Part shown: piece by piece, positions 27,956-39,452 of the stretch | Layout of the letters: each line of letters opens with the position of its first letter | How positions within the stretch are numbered: the first letter of the stretch is position 1 | From: Saccostrea cucullata | Lineage: Eukaryota | Direction of reading: 5' to 3' | Assembly: GCF_032062105.1 (NCBI RefSeq) | Contig: NW_026926657.1 | Location: 62,001 to 126,000, forward strand | Length of the DNA: 64,000 nt | The notes under the pieces: model-generated | What the model was told of the DNA's origin: nothing | What the model saw: the letters and a program-made list of their open reading frames with translations, nothing else | The model's database searches: none | Program-made: the position numbers and the translations under genes

Positions 27956-28931
27956 GCGTTACACTGTATGGTGAACCATGTCGATCATTTTGCATTTTAA
28001 TATTAAGGGTGGGTCTCCATTTGTCAAACCTGCGTTCGCCGAATGCGTCACTTGACCTTTTATAACCCGGCTTTTTACTTCTTTGACCAGGGAAGGTTAG
28101 TGGCCGGGCTCGCCGATTTCTCAGGTCTTAACTATTCGGCACGGTAAGAGCCGGTGTAAAGACAAATAATTACCCCATAGAATAATGTCCGGTAGTCATT
28201 TTTCGCTACTCTCAAACTTTGCATACCTAACGTGAAGAAAAATGACCCCGTAGAACAATGCCCCCTTGCGGATAAAAGTTTAAATTTTTAGGGGGCAAGA
28301 AAATGAAACCTTCTGGCCAAAATGCTTACCTGAGCTTAATTGAGAATAAATTGGAGATATTTTTTTTTATTTCATTGCATTATACAATTCTTGCTATTTT
28401 AAGGTCAATACGATTATTCAGAATTTTGAGGAGGAGAAGAAGATTTATCTATACCAAAGGGCGAGGTGGAATTGATTTTCGATGGTGTGGAAAACCATCA
28501 TATAACAGCAAGAACAGCAATGATTGTTTTATCAACAATCAAATTGATACATACTTAATAAGCATGCATGTCAAATTTGTTGTTTACAGTTGCCCAAGTC
28601 CTTGCCAATCATGGTGAGAGAATCGGAGTTAGCATAAGCATAACCAGTATCAGTTTTACATTTGCTATCTATTTTTGGTGCAATGAAGAATAAAATACTA
28701 GTAGCATCATAAGAGACAAAAGAAACAAGATATCATAGAAATATTTTTTATGAAATCCTCAAAATGAAGTAAGGAGAATTTCCATTTACTCTACTGGATC
28801 AAAATATTAGGACAACAAAACTTTATTACTCTGGTTTACAATAAAGCATGAGTATTCAAATGCTGATTTTTTCACAGTCACATTCTTCGTTATATATCTG
28901 AAGTTTTGATAAAAACACACATTGTCGATCC

Positions 28932-31900
28932 TTAAGACAAAGTACACGTGTACCCAGTCTTTTCTCTTGTCCTTTTACCCTCGGCATCCATTTTATCAAG
29001 CTGCCCATCCATGAAATCATCCGCAAAGTCAAGACACTGTTGTACAGCGTTCATCAAAAGAATACCGGTACCAATATTCAGTTTAGTCTCCTTTTCGAAG
29101 TTTTTTACCGGGAAAATGTGACCACGTGGAAGTCCCATAATTTCTCCCACTTTCTTCACAGCTTTAGCAATAGTTGTACTTGTAAACGTGTTTGAGATAT
29201 CCTCCTCCACATCCGGGCATATGTTGTCTAATTTGGTCAACAGGACGACTTGTGGCATGTCTATATTTATAAAATGAGCCGTCAAAATGTAGTTTAAAAC
29301 ATTAATATCATGTGTTATTTATTTTGATTCGGATTCAGACGTTGTACATGTACACCTAAGTATGATATAGAGATGAGATATTCTCCTTTAAAAAATATTC
29401 TCTAAACTTTTATTATTATTCATAAGAATTACGAAAATGAAATGTCATTTAGAAACTTAGCTTGAGACTTATTCCTGCGATCATTCGATGACATTAATCT
29501 TACTTTGTTGAAATTAATTTTAGTTTGTTTCTTACTTCTCTGATTTAAAATGATTTGCAGATCTTTTATCTGTTTCCGGACTTTTTCAGGCATAACGTCG
29601 ATGGTACTTCCATCTACCACAATGGCTACGCAGTGAATTTTATCCTGTAGATTCGGATCATTTATGAATTTAGGACTATCTGATGACATTGGAACCATGG
29701 GATTGAACTACAAATGATCAGTCTAAATTAGGCCACAGCAATCTGGCAGTTGTTTTTTCAATTTTTTTTAACAAAATGAGTACATTAAATATTGTGCATG
29801 ATATCCTTTATTTGACATATCATGACTTTTCTCTCAAATATTAGAGCATAGAGTGTTGATTGAAATAAAAAGAAAAGATACAGAAAAATATTCTACATTT
29901 TCTAAATTAAATTAAAATCAAATGGTTTCAAATTTGAACATTTGTTAAATTCTACCGCCGAAACAATACTTGAGACCAACATCTAGATTTGTAATCGACC
30001 TTGAAATATGCACAAATGAAAACAAAATAATTTATCAATAAAAGATACATCAGATTTTACTGATGCATTTAAAACTTTTGAAGTTGATTTAGAAGCAAGA
30101 GAAAATAAACCTGGTACTGATCCGGTATATTACCGTCCAGAATAAAAGCAATTTCTTGTACATCCATTTCAAATTCGTCCTCAAATCCTCTTGTGTCACA
30201 CAGACGAAAGTTAAGGAATTTTCCTGAGGTAAAGTCTTTGATTTTGTATTTTCTGAACTGAAAAAAGCATGTTGATCCTTATATATTATGCTTCCAGAAA
30301 ATAGAAATCCTTGGTTTTCATTACATTACCACCATTGACACTCATTGCAAAGTAATCACCATACCGAATGTCCTCGAAATAAATTACATGAGAGTGTTGT
30401 TTTAAAAAAGGTATTATATCTATCCCTTTTTGCCATCACCAGTAAGAACTATTCTGATTTAAAGCATAAAAAAAACCGTATATAGTAGACATACTGCGGT
30501 CGTCACACTGTGCTCAAAGCTCCCACTGGAAGCTTTACTGGTAATTTTCCCGCGGAAAATGGAGTTGACCGAGTTGAAAAAGCTGGACTTTCCTGCTCCA
30601 ATTTGACCAATCAGAAGAATGTTTGCTGCAGACACATTTGTCCCTGGCAGTGGTTTATAATCCACGAGCGATTTCTTCAGGTTGCAATAAGACTTAAAGA
30701 TAAACAAAATCTTTATTTCAGAAATCATCAATACGTCTAAAAAGAAAATTCTCATATTGATAACTTAATTAATGTTATCTAAAATAGATGTAGAAAATTT
30801 GCAAAGTCTTTCAGAAATGTCAGGAAATGTGTGCAAATACTAGAATTGAGATTTACAGAAAATAGCACAAAGTCCGATTCTGAACACCAAACATTGTGCA
30901 ACATTGATTTCGTGCATTTTATCTTTAGGCGTTTTTGCTGAAACCACATTTTGAATAAAGTTTGTTGCTATTTCAAAATCATTTGAATTAATCCTTACTA
31001 CAATATTTAGCAGATTCATCAAGCAACCAGAATTTGAATAGATTTTTTATACCCCCCGCTTGAAAAGCGGGAGGGTATATAGTAATCGTTACGCTTTGGG
31101 GTACCCATCTCTTATCCGCAACTCCTCTCATACCACTGAATGAAATTTGATAAAACTTTCAGAGAATCATTTTTACATATTGCCATTGTGCACCTCCTAT
31201 TTTACTTTTTGATCCGACACATATTTTGGGTTTCACGGCCACAGCAAAACATGGACTTTGCCATTATAACTATATGGAGGCGGGGGGTATCATTTAGTGA
31301 GGTCATCGCTCACAGTACCTCTAGTTTTTCATTGAGTTACATGTATATGTATCGTTGTATCAAAGATAAATTATCTATCAAGTCAATACAATTCTATTTT
31401 AAAGAGACTTTTATCTTTAAATATAAAACAAACGTGCATTTCTTTTTTCTGGATTCTTATCTTTCATTTAGAAAAAAAAAATTATTGTCAAGAAAAAATA
31501 CATATTTTAAATATTTTGTCAAGTTACCAAATTTTACTTTTGATTCGATACAAAAGTTATATTTTCTTGGTGAAGTTTACCAAACTGTCAATTTTCATGT
31601 TCTAAACATATTCATATTCACTATCAATGAATAAATAAAGAAAAAATGTATATAAATGCAATAGCAATAAGAAGACGTTACGGTTTAAGCTTTATTGTGC
31701 ACTAAAAATTTAAAATTCTCTTAAAAAGTTATTAAATTGGCTTTAACAATAGTTGAGTGGATGAATTTGATAAATCAAAGAATGTGGCATGAAGAAGAGC
31801 CTTTCTTGAAAATATGACGTCATTAATTTGGTACAATTTCAAGTTCAATGCAGAAAAGCTTCAAAATGACTCGTTTTTCTGCTAATTTTCCTTTAGAAAA

Positions 31901-33765
31901 TAGCGTCTTCCACCGTCGCCCGCTTTAATTTTTGGATATATTATGCAAACAGCTATGAAAAAATCACATATCTCAAAATCTTCACAATCTTCCTCTACAG
32001 CGTTCTGGTTTAATCTGCGACGGTGGCAGAGTATGATTTCTGAAAGAAAAATTCCACTGAAAATTGAGGTTTTCTGCAACTTTTTAAGAAAATACGGGAA
32101 AATGCTCAAGTTAATGACGTCACAATTGGCATTTAGGAGGTCATTTGAGAAAAACCATTTGTGTATACTTACGGCAGAGAATTCCTATGATTCAGAAAGA
32201 ATTAATTTTGATTTCTTATATCACTTTCATATTTCATAAAAATATAGGGCTTTATTTGTATTGAAACTGTACATTGTACCTTGAAGTTCTTTAATTATTG
32301 ACCAAAATCACATTCTTTGCTTGCTTAGTGTCAAGAAAGTAAATTTTAAAAAGGTTTTCGATTATTATTTTTAAATAAATAAACCCATCCTTTTATAATA
32401 GGGCATATTTTTATTGATCCTGAGCAGAAAGGGCATATAATTGTCAGTTGAGTAGTTTATCAATTCATTAAGGACTATACATGTATGCTGAAAATAATCA
32501 TCGAAACATTTGCTAGACGACAAAATCAGAAAAAAAAATTCAAAAAATGTTTCAGTTACTGTAATTTCAATATGTATTCACATGTGTAGCAAACTTAGTC
32601 CTTGTAAAAAGCCTTAATATTAACCTGAAATGAAGACAGTAGGGAGTGGTGTCTATTTATGCAAACATTGTGTTTGTTTAATGTAAATGTCAAAACAAAA
32701 AAAATTACTTCATCGCTCCACTCTGGTGGTTCTCTCCAAAGTTCCATACAATTTTTCACTCTCCGTTCCTCTACAACAAATAGTTAATATGCACTATTAC
32801 ATGTACTATATCACTTTAAATCAATTTAATATTTATATAATTATTGCATAAATATAGGAGGGGGGGAATTTTAATTGGTACTTTTTGGATTACTAAACAA
32901 TAATAAAATTAATCTTGAATATATTCATTACCACTTCAATATGAAATGGAGGTCTCTTAATCTAAGATTCTTGAAAATTATATACGATATCCATTTACAC
33001 TGTACTTTAGTTAATAAATTATGGATTTCCATCCCTAATAGGACCAAATTCCCTACCCTTAAATGTCCGTCAAGTGCATAATACTCTGATATTATATTAA
33101 AACATTTTATAATTATAGTGGAAAAGGACTTCCTACGAGAAAGTTGAAAAAATTCCATTAAACAGTAGTTAATTAACAAAGAATGCATTGAAGTCTATGG
33201 GGAAAAGCAGTTTTTTTTTTCAAAATAAAAATTCAAATAATTTGAATATCAATAAATCCTGCTGTGGAAAGATGCATTGAAACATGAAAAATACAATGAC
33301 AATTGAAAACCATTTCTTTTTACTGGCTGAAATTTTTCAATTGATTTTTTTCATTAATTAAAAAGGGGGAGATAACTCTTACAAAAATTCAATTTCAGAA
33401 ATTAGGATACATCCCACTGTACATACTGATAGTAATAAATGGGAAGTATGTCTAAATAAATTGAGTATTCAATACCTACAATCTTTTATGTATTCATGAT
33501 TTTTTTTTTCCTTTTAGGGATTGAATTCCTATACAATATGCAGCAGTTAGAACTTGAACTTTCCTGATTTTCAGTATGGCAAATTTCACATGACATGGCA
33601 GCTTGAGAAAAAGATACCTATCATTTTTTTCTTAGTTGAAATTTATTTTTTAATCAATAGCTTATTTTCATTGTATCAAAAATAAACAACCTCCTCGTAA
33701 AATAAAGACAACTTATAAAATTGCCTTATAATCAAACGTCTAATCACGATAAACTTACCTGACAT
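28932..33765 (-). CDS. Short IFI44-like GTPase copy E, no TLDc domain, C-terminal CaaX (CTLS), ~304 aa
   Basis: Exons 33765-33759 (accATG TCA G|gtaag), 32770-32709, 30692-30495, 30257-30111, 29707-29536, 29260-28932 are all GT-AG and in frame (915 nt). Protein reads MSEERRVKNCMELWREPPEWSDE...GQIGAGKS...DTRG...TKLD...FPVKNF...GKRTREKTGYTCTLS*. Confidence 0.85.
31049..31325 (+). mobile_element. Short Helentron/DINE-like (HINE) insertion
   Basis: 5' hairpin ATACCCCCCGC-TTGAAAA-GCGGGAGGGTAT; subterminal GCGGGGGGTAT near the 3' end followed by a GTGAG..CTCAC stem and CTAG. Inserted in a T run and absent from the paralogous intron of copy C (~22945). Confidence 0.75.
31669..32290. mobile_element. 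~620-bp insertion (probable MITE) in copy E intron
   Basis: Present between ...aatagcaata and ttaatta... in copy E but absent at the matching site of copy C (~23248). The terminal inverted repeats are degenerate. Confidence 0.5.
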
Positions 33766-33767
33766 GG

Positions 33768-33777
33768 TTTCATTTCC
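33768..33777 (-). promoter_or_regulatory. ETS-IRF composite-like element (GGAAnnGAAA) immediately 5' of copy E start codon
   Basis: Minus strand GGAAATGAAA directly before CC-ATG. Copy C has AGAAATGAAA at 24351-24360. Confidence 0.35.
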
Positions 33778-34157
33778 TCTTCTCGGAAAATGGGTTTTTT
33801 AAAAAAGAATTATTAAGTATTTCTGAAAAAAGTCTTCTTTCGATTTTGTGTTGAATTGTATGGCCTGCCATTTTCATCATAATTTTGTATTTTGAATTTA
33901 CACTTTTCTTCATTTCAGACTCAGTCAGATAATCTACTAGTAGTTCGTCTATTTAATATAACTCATCTAAACTCGGTGTAACATCTGTTTGTTATCTCTT
34001 TACATAATGAGTAGTTTTTTCCATACAAAACGATTACATTGCATTCCTTATAAAAATCTATTATGTTTGATTGTTATTTGGAGTAAGTGAAAGGCAACTG
34101 AAATTTATATTTGGAGGTACAGAATAACCTGTAGTTCCTAAATTGATAATAACAAAG

Positions 34158-34397
34158 CAGGCACGTAGCATCGTTTTTGAAAGGGGGGAGAGTTGTGGCC
34201 AACTTTTTTCAAGGCGAACTTCCTTTCACTTCCAATTTTTTCCCATATTTCCTTGCTATAAATATACTGTGGTCAAAAGTGGGGGGGGGGGCAACATTTT
34301 CTTCAATGGACATTTTCTATAGTAAAGGTAATGTTGGGGGGGAAAAGTGGGGGGCCAGGCCCCCCCCCCCCCCCCCCCTCCCGTTGCTACGTGCCTG
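34158..34397. mobile_element. MITE with CAGG...CCTG termini (hAT-like)
   Basis: TIR CAGGCACGTAGCA(T/A)CG at both ends, with internal G and C homopolymer tracts. No clear TSD seen. Confidence 0.7.
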
Positions 34398-34609
34398 CAA
34401 TGTATAAAATGCACAGACCGTCTACTTTTTAAAAAAAAAAAATTGATCAAATGAAAAACTGCATAAGATTTGTGTGGCTATTGAATATATTTATTACAGA
34501 ATTTCATTCTTAGTATTATACATTGTTTATGCAAAATTAAATTGGAAAGCCCTAGCGCTGAACCTCTTTTGCTCATTTATTACATCTAGCTGTAAATACA
34601 ATGGCAGAC

Positions 34610-37544
34610 TCAGTCTTTTTCTTTTTTCAACTTTCCATCTGTAGCCATTTTGTCAAGTTGTTCATCCATGAAATCGTCTGCAAAATCAAGACACTGTTGT
34701 AGCGCTTCCATCACAAGAATATCCACGCCTGTCTTCAGCTTGGTCTCACTTTCGTAGTTTTTCACCGGAAGCACGTGACCACGAGGAAGACCCATGATTT
34801 CTGCAACTCTTACAACAGCGTCAGAAACGGCAGAGCTCGAAAATGTGTTCTTGATGTCCTCTTCCACTTCAGGACATATTTTGTCTAATTTAGTCAGGAG
34901 AACAACTTGTGGCAAATCTGTATTTAATGATACATTGAATGATAACTACGTAATTCATTAGAGTTATATTTGCTCTTTTTTATTTACTTTTTTGATTTAT
35001 TTGAGAAAGAATATATACATACATCCACATTTTTTTTTGTACAAGTGCAATGTACGGAAGCTCTTTTACGATATGAATATTTAGCTCAACATTTAATTAA
35101 ACGAATATAGCAAGTTATTTCCCAGAACAAATAAGTACAATTGAAGAAATCGACAACCATCCTTCCATCAACTTCCGACCTTCGTGTGTTAGTGTCCCCT
35201 ACATCATTTTTATGACCACTAAAAGGCTTTCTTCTCGATCATCAATTATGTACCTCCGTACATGATACAGGTTTTTATGTCTAAGTAAAACATCAACTGT
35301 AAAAGTCAGTGCTTCTCGCATAAGTCCATTACTTGGTAAGGGTTTAAAAAGCATTGTAAACCTTTTATAGATTTGTTCTAATTTACCTTCAAAGAACATT
35401 TTTCAAGTTACAGGGATTTGTAAATAAATTCACCAAGACTTAAGTCAAATTCTCTAAGAAGATTGGTAATATTAATGATTATACATGATTTCTTTTATGT
35501 AGAAATATTTATTTTTCATGTTTTTACTTATGATATTATTGTTGCATGTTGACATAATTTTTTTTTCATTTTGTGTGATCTTTTCCTAATATATTCTTAC
35601 TTCTTTGATTCAGTTTGACTTGTAGATCTTTCATCTGCTTGCGAACTTTGTCGGGCATTACGTCTACAGTACTACTATCTACCACAAAAGCCACGCAGTG
35701 AATTTTATCCTGTAGATCCGGGTCTTTTATGTAGCCAGGGGTTTCTGATGTGAAAGGAACCATTGGATTAAACTACAAAAGAGTCAAACAGCCATTTATT
35801 TTATATATCTTTAAGAGTTTTGCGCAATCTTTCTCTGTAAAATAAAACGTCTAATATTCATAAGTTGTTTTTTTTTTCTTTTTTTACATACAAACGGATA
35901 GACATATGAAGGGCTTTTACTTAATACTCCTCTCTTCATCTCTCTGACCAGATCTTCTTATAAGTACAAACCTGGTATCGGTCCGGTATATTACCATCCA
36001 AAAGGAAGGAGATTTCCTGCACATCCATAGCAAATTCCTCCTCTAAACCTCTGGTGTCACAAAGGCGGAAATTAAGGAACTTTCCAGATGAAAAATCCTT
36101 GATTTTGTATTTTCTATACTAAAATGATGAGAAAAATAATTGAAAACGAAATGAAATATTGATTACTTTGCTCAATATCATTCATGCTGAAAAAAAAATA
36201 ATCTATTGCAAAAATTAAATTGTTTGGATTATTTTTTTAAAAAAAGAATAAATATAATTAAAAATAATTTATCATTTAATAATGTCGAATTCGATTTTGT
36301 TTACATACAGCTGTTGTCACGCTGTGCTCAAAGTTTCCACTGGAAGCTTTACTGGTGATTTTCCCGCGGAAAATGGAGTTGACCGAGTTGAAAAAGCTGG
36401 ACTTTCCCGCACCAATTTGACCAATCAGAAGGATGTTGCCTGTAGTAACATTTGTCTCTGTCATTGGTTTGTAGTCGATGAGAGATTGATTCAGCTTCTG
36501 ACAGGTCTTTAAAAGATTTAGTATACAGGTTACGTATAGTGTTTAGGTCCGATGAAATATCATATACTAGTACTCAGTATTATGAGCAAAACTTAACCCT
36601 TTGATTTTTTTTCTCTATGCAATACCGGGGGTAGTAGATGACGAGATATAAAAAGATACTAGTAGTTTAAAGGGACAGCACACACACAAGCCCAAATGTT
36701 CAATAACTTTACGGTATCTATCTTTGTAAAAAGTGGGAGAGGGTAAAGGTAAGCCCCCACCTCATAGCCCCCGCCCCCGGTACTGACACCTTTGTTCATT
36801 TGTACAATTTTACCTCAGTGTTCCATTCAGGGGATTCTCTCCAAGGTTTGTCAGAAATCTTTGGTCCAGGTCCATCTACAATATTTATTTGAATTATATA
36901 CTATACTACAATGTAGTTGACTATTTCTAATCTTTTAGCAATTACACTCATAATATAGAGGTTTGTTTTTTATGCCATTGGATGTCTATTGAATACTATA
37001 AAAATACTATACCTACAACAAGGTAGACTTCTAGGTCTGTCACCCTCAGATTACTATTTGTAATAGAGTTGGTATCATATCCATTGTAATTATAGTACCC
37101 GCTCGTCAGACTTACACTGCCATTCAGTACAAATTCTTTTCCAGACTTTGAAATATTCCCTTGAAAAGCCATGAGGTCGCTGTTGCCACCAAACGATGGA
37201 CCATAATTACTAATGCCAGAGCCGGCATAATTATAATATGAAGCATTGACAGGAAGTTTAACTGGATTTGAAGAACCATTATACTGCAGCCGGAAAAGAA
37301 ATGCATTCGCATCACTGATGTTGCCGCCACTGGAGTTCCAGTTCTGTGACAGATATCCCCCAAATATCGTGTTGTTGGTGTTATAAAGAACCGTTACTGT
37401 AGGTCCCTGATTGTCACACTGTTGGTGGAATGTTGTAGCTGAACATCCATCTCTGCTGATCTTGTATAATAACCGGAAGTGACAGGTCTTTCCTATCCAG
37501 GTGGCCAACTGCTCACGGTAAGTTCGTTTCAGAAGCTCAGGCAT
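34610..37544 (-). CDS. IFI44L: IFI44L-like copy F, TLDc + P-loop GTPase, ~472 aa, 6 coding exons
   Basis: Exons 37544-37013, 36875-36814, 36506-36309, 36118-35972, 35772-35601, 34917-34610 are all GT-AG and in frame (1419 nt). Motifs LLYKISRDG, GPSFG, PWRESPEW, GQIGAGKS, DTRG, TKLD, PVKNY. Probable non-coding first exon ends at 38915. Confidence 0.92.
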
Positions 37545-39001
37545 TGCTTATTTTCTCTGTTTAAAAGACAATTGAAATCAAAATCAATTCTTTTAAAGAA
37601 AACCTTGCCAAGACAGAAATTGAGGAAAATGGAAGATTCAACACTGTGAGAGGGTTTTCTACTATGTTTACATAATTATGTTAAAAGAGTAATTACCTCT
37701 AAGAACTAAAAGTGTGCATAATCTTCTACATCCCTTCGTGTCAAAATTTGCACAAGGAATAATAATAGAAATATTTTTTTTAATTGTTCAGAAATAATAG
37801 GAGACCTGAACATAATTTGTATTACTATGCAGATATATATATATAAACAATGCTTTAGATTAATACTTTCAATAATAAAGATTATTTTGATGATAGAGGA
37901 GGAATTTTCCTTTCTTACACAAATCCATTTTTTTACCTTTGAGCTTGACTACGTACTCTTTTAAAAAGTATAACCTTCACCATAAAATTAGAACAGTTGG
38001 TGCCCGCGATATATTTCAAATATTTCATATTTCAAAAATGTTTTCTATGTAACATTATAATTAGACCGTTCAATAAGTTTGACCTCACGACCTTGACACG
38101 TTGGAGTACTTGCATGACTATATTTTTGAAAAAAAAATCAGCTTTAGATACCAAGAATTCGACCTTGGCCTTTCTTTTATATTTTTAATGAAAAGTAAAA
38201 TAACCCTTGTCAATTGAAAGGTTTTCAAAGGATAATGCTTAAATTTCATATTTGTGTGTATTCCTTGTGAAAAGATCTAGCTTAATCTATAGTAATCAAC
38301 AGTATTTTACCTCAACCTCTCGTGTTCGACTTATGTTTCAAAAAATTAATATAGGCTTGGCCATTAGCTGGCATACAGTTGCATCGGTGTTTCACGATCA
38401 CATTTTTTTTTAAACTAGCTTTAGATTTTGCTAAAACCTAGGTACAATATTTAGGCTTAAGTTAATATTTCACATGGTATACAGGTTTAACTGCGATAAC
38501 ACACAAGAACATTGTTATTAGAATATTTTATTAGAGTTTTTGCTAATTAAATAGTGGCCGATTGTGAGAAGCAAAGTGTTCCATGCAAACGAAGTGTCAT
38601 GTTCGATCAAAATGCTAAATATCAAAAGTGGGCGTGTTCACCAAGTGTACTTACCAAGTTGCAAACGATGATAAAAAAAACTTTTATACACCTTGAAAGT
38701 GATCTGTTCAAGTTTTTTTTTTTATAAGAGAAGCAATTAAGTTTAATACGTTAAGAAGAACAAAGTATATATCTTGAGTTTTTTACTTGTCTCGGTCAAA
38801 CTTACTTGGTCAGAATTTCATTTTAAACGGATTGTTACCCAATTCCGAACTTTTAAGCAACCGAACAATCCACTACTTCAGAACTAGACAGAAGCATGTA
38901 CGATAACTACTTACCTTTCAGGTTCGCTTTAATGTAAAAATATTTATAATACATGTGCTCCGATTGCTTAGATTTTCTAAAAATGAAACGTACCGGTATT
39001 G

Positions 39002-39018
39002 AGTTCTCCTTTCGTTTT
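39002..39018 (-). promoter_or_regulatory. IRF-like motif upstream of putative first exon of copy F
   Basis: Minus strand AAAACGAAAGGAGAACT, about 90-100 nt upstream of donor AAG|GTAAGT (exon end 38915). Shares AAAACGAAAG with the copy A site. Confidence 0.45.
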
Positions 39019-39254
39019 ATCATTACTTTGTATGGTGTGCCATTTTGATCAATTCAACCTTTAGTCTATTTTTTTTTAAAACTACATGTGTACTGATATT
39101 TTTAGATTTGTTGATGACTCCTTGTATAATTATATTTATACAGTGTATGTATGACGTAAATTACAGTTTCCATAGAAAATTGTAAATATTGGATTTATTG
39201 TTGCTAATAATGTTTCCTATAAAGTAAACTAATATATAAATATATGATTGTCCA

Positions 39255-39452
39255 TGTTGGCCTCATCCTACTCCTGGGAATGATAATTTGAACACACCTG
39301 AACCTACTCAATCCGGGGATGCTGCACTCAAATATGACTGACTTACATATACCATGACTTTGCTCTTCTAGAGACAGTTTTTAAAGGCGTTTTATGTATT
39401 CCTTTGTAAAACTTTGATCACTAATTGTAGCCAAATCCTACCCCTTTGGGGT
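39255..39452. repeat. Degenerate monomer of the ~166-bp satellite
   Basis: ttggcctcatcctactcctggg...tttgtaaaactttgat...tgtagccaaatcctacccc resembles the units at 3500-4300. Confidence 0.55.

Noticed and set aside
31140-31634. 164-aa ORF and similar F/I/K/L-rich ORFs (e.g. 101-427, 2911-3273, 42615-43028)
   Set aside because: Low-complexity translations of AT-rich intronic or repeat DNA. This one also spans a transposon boundary.
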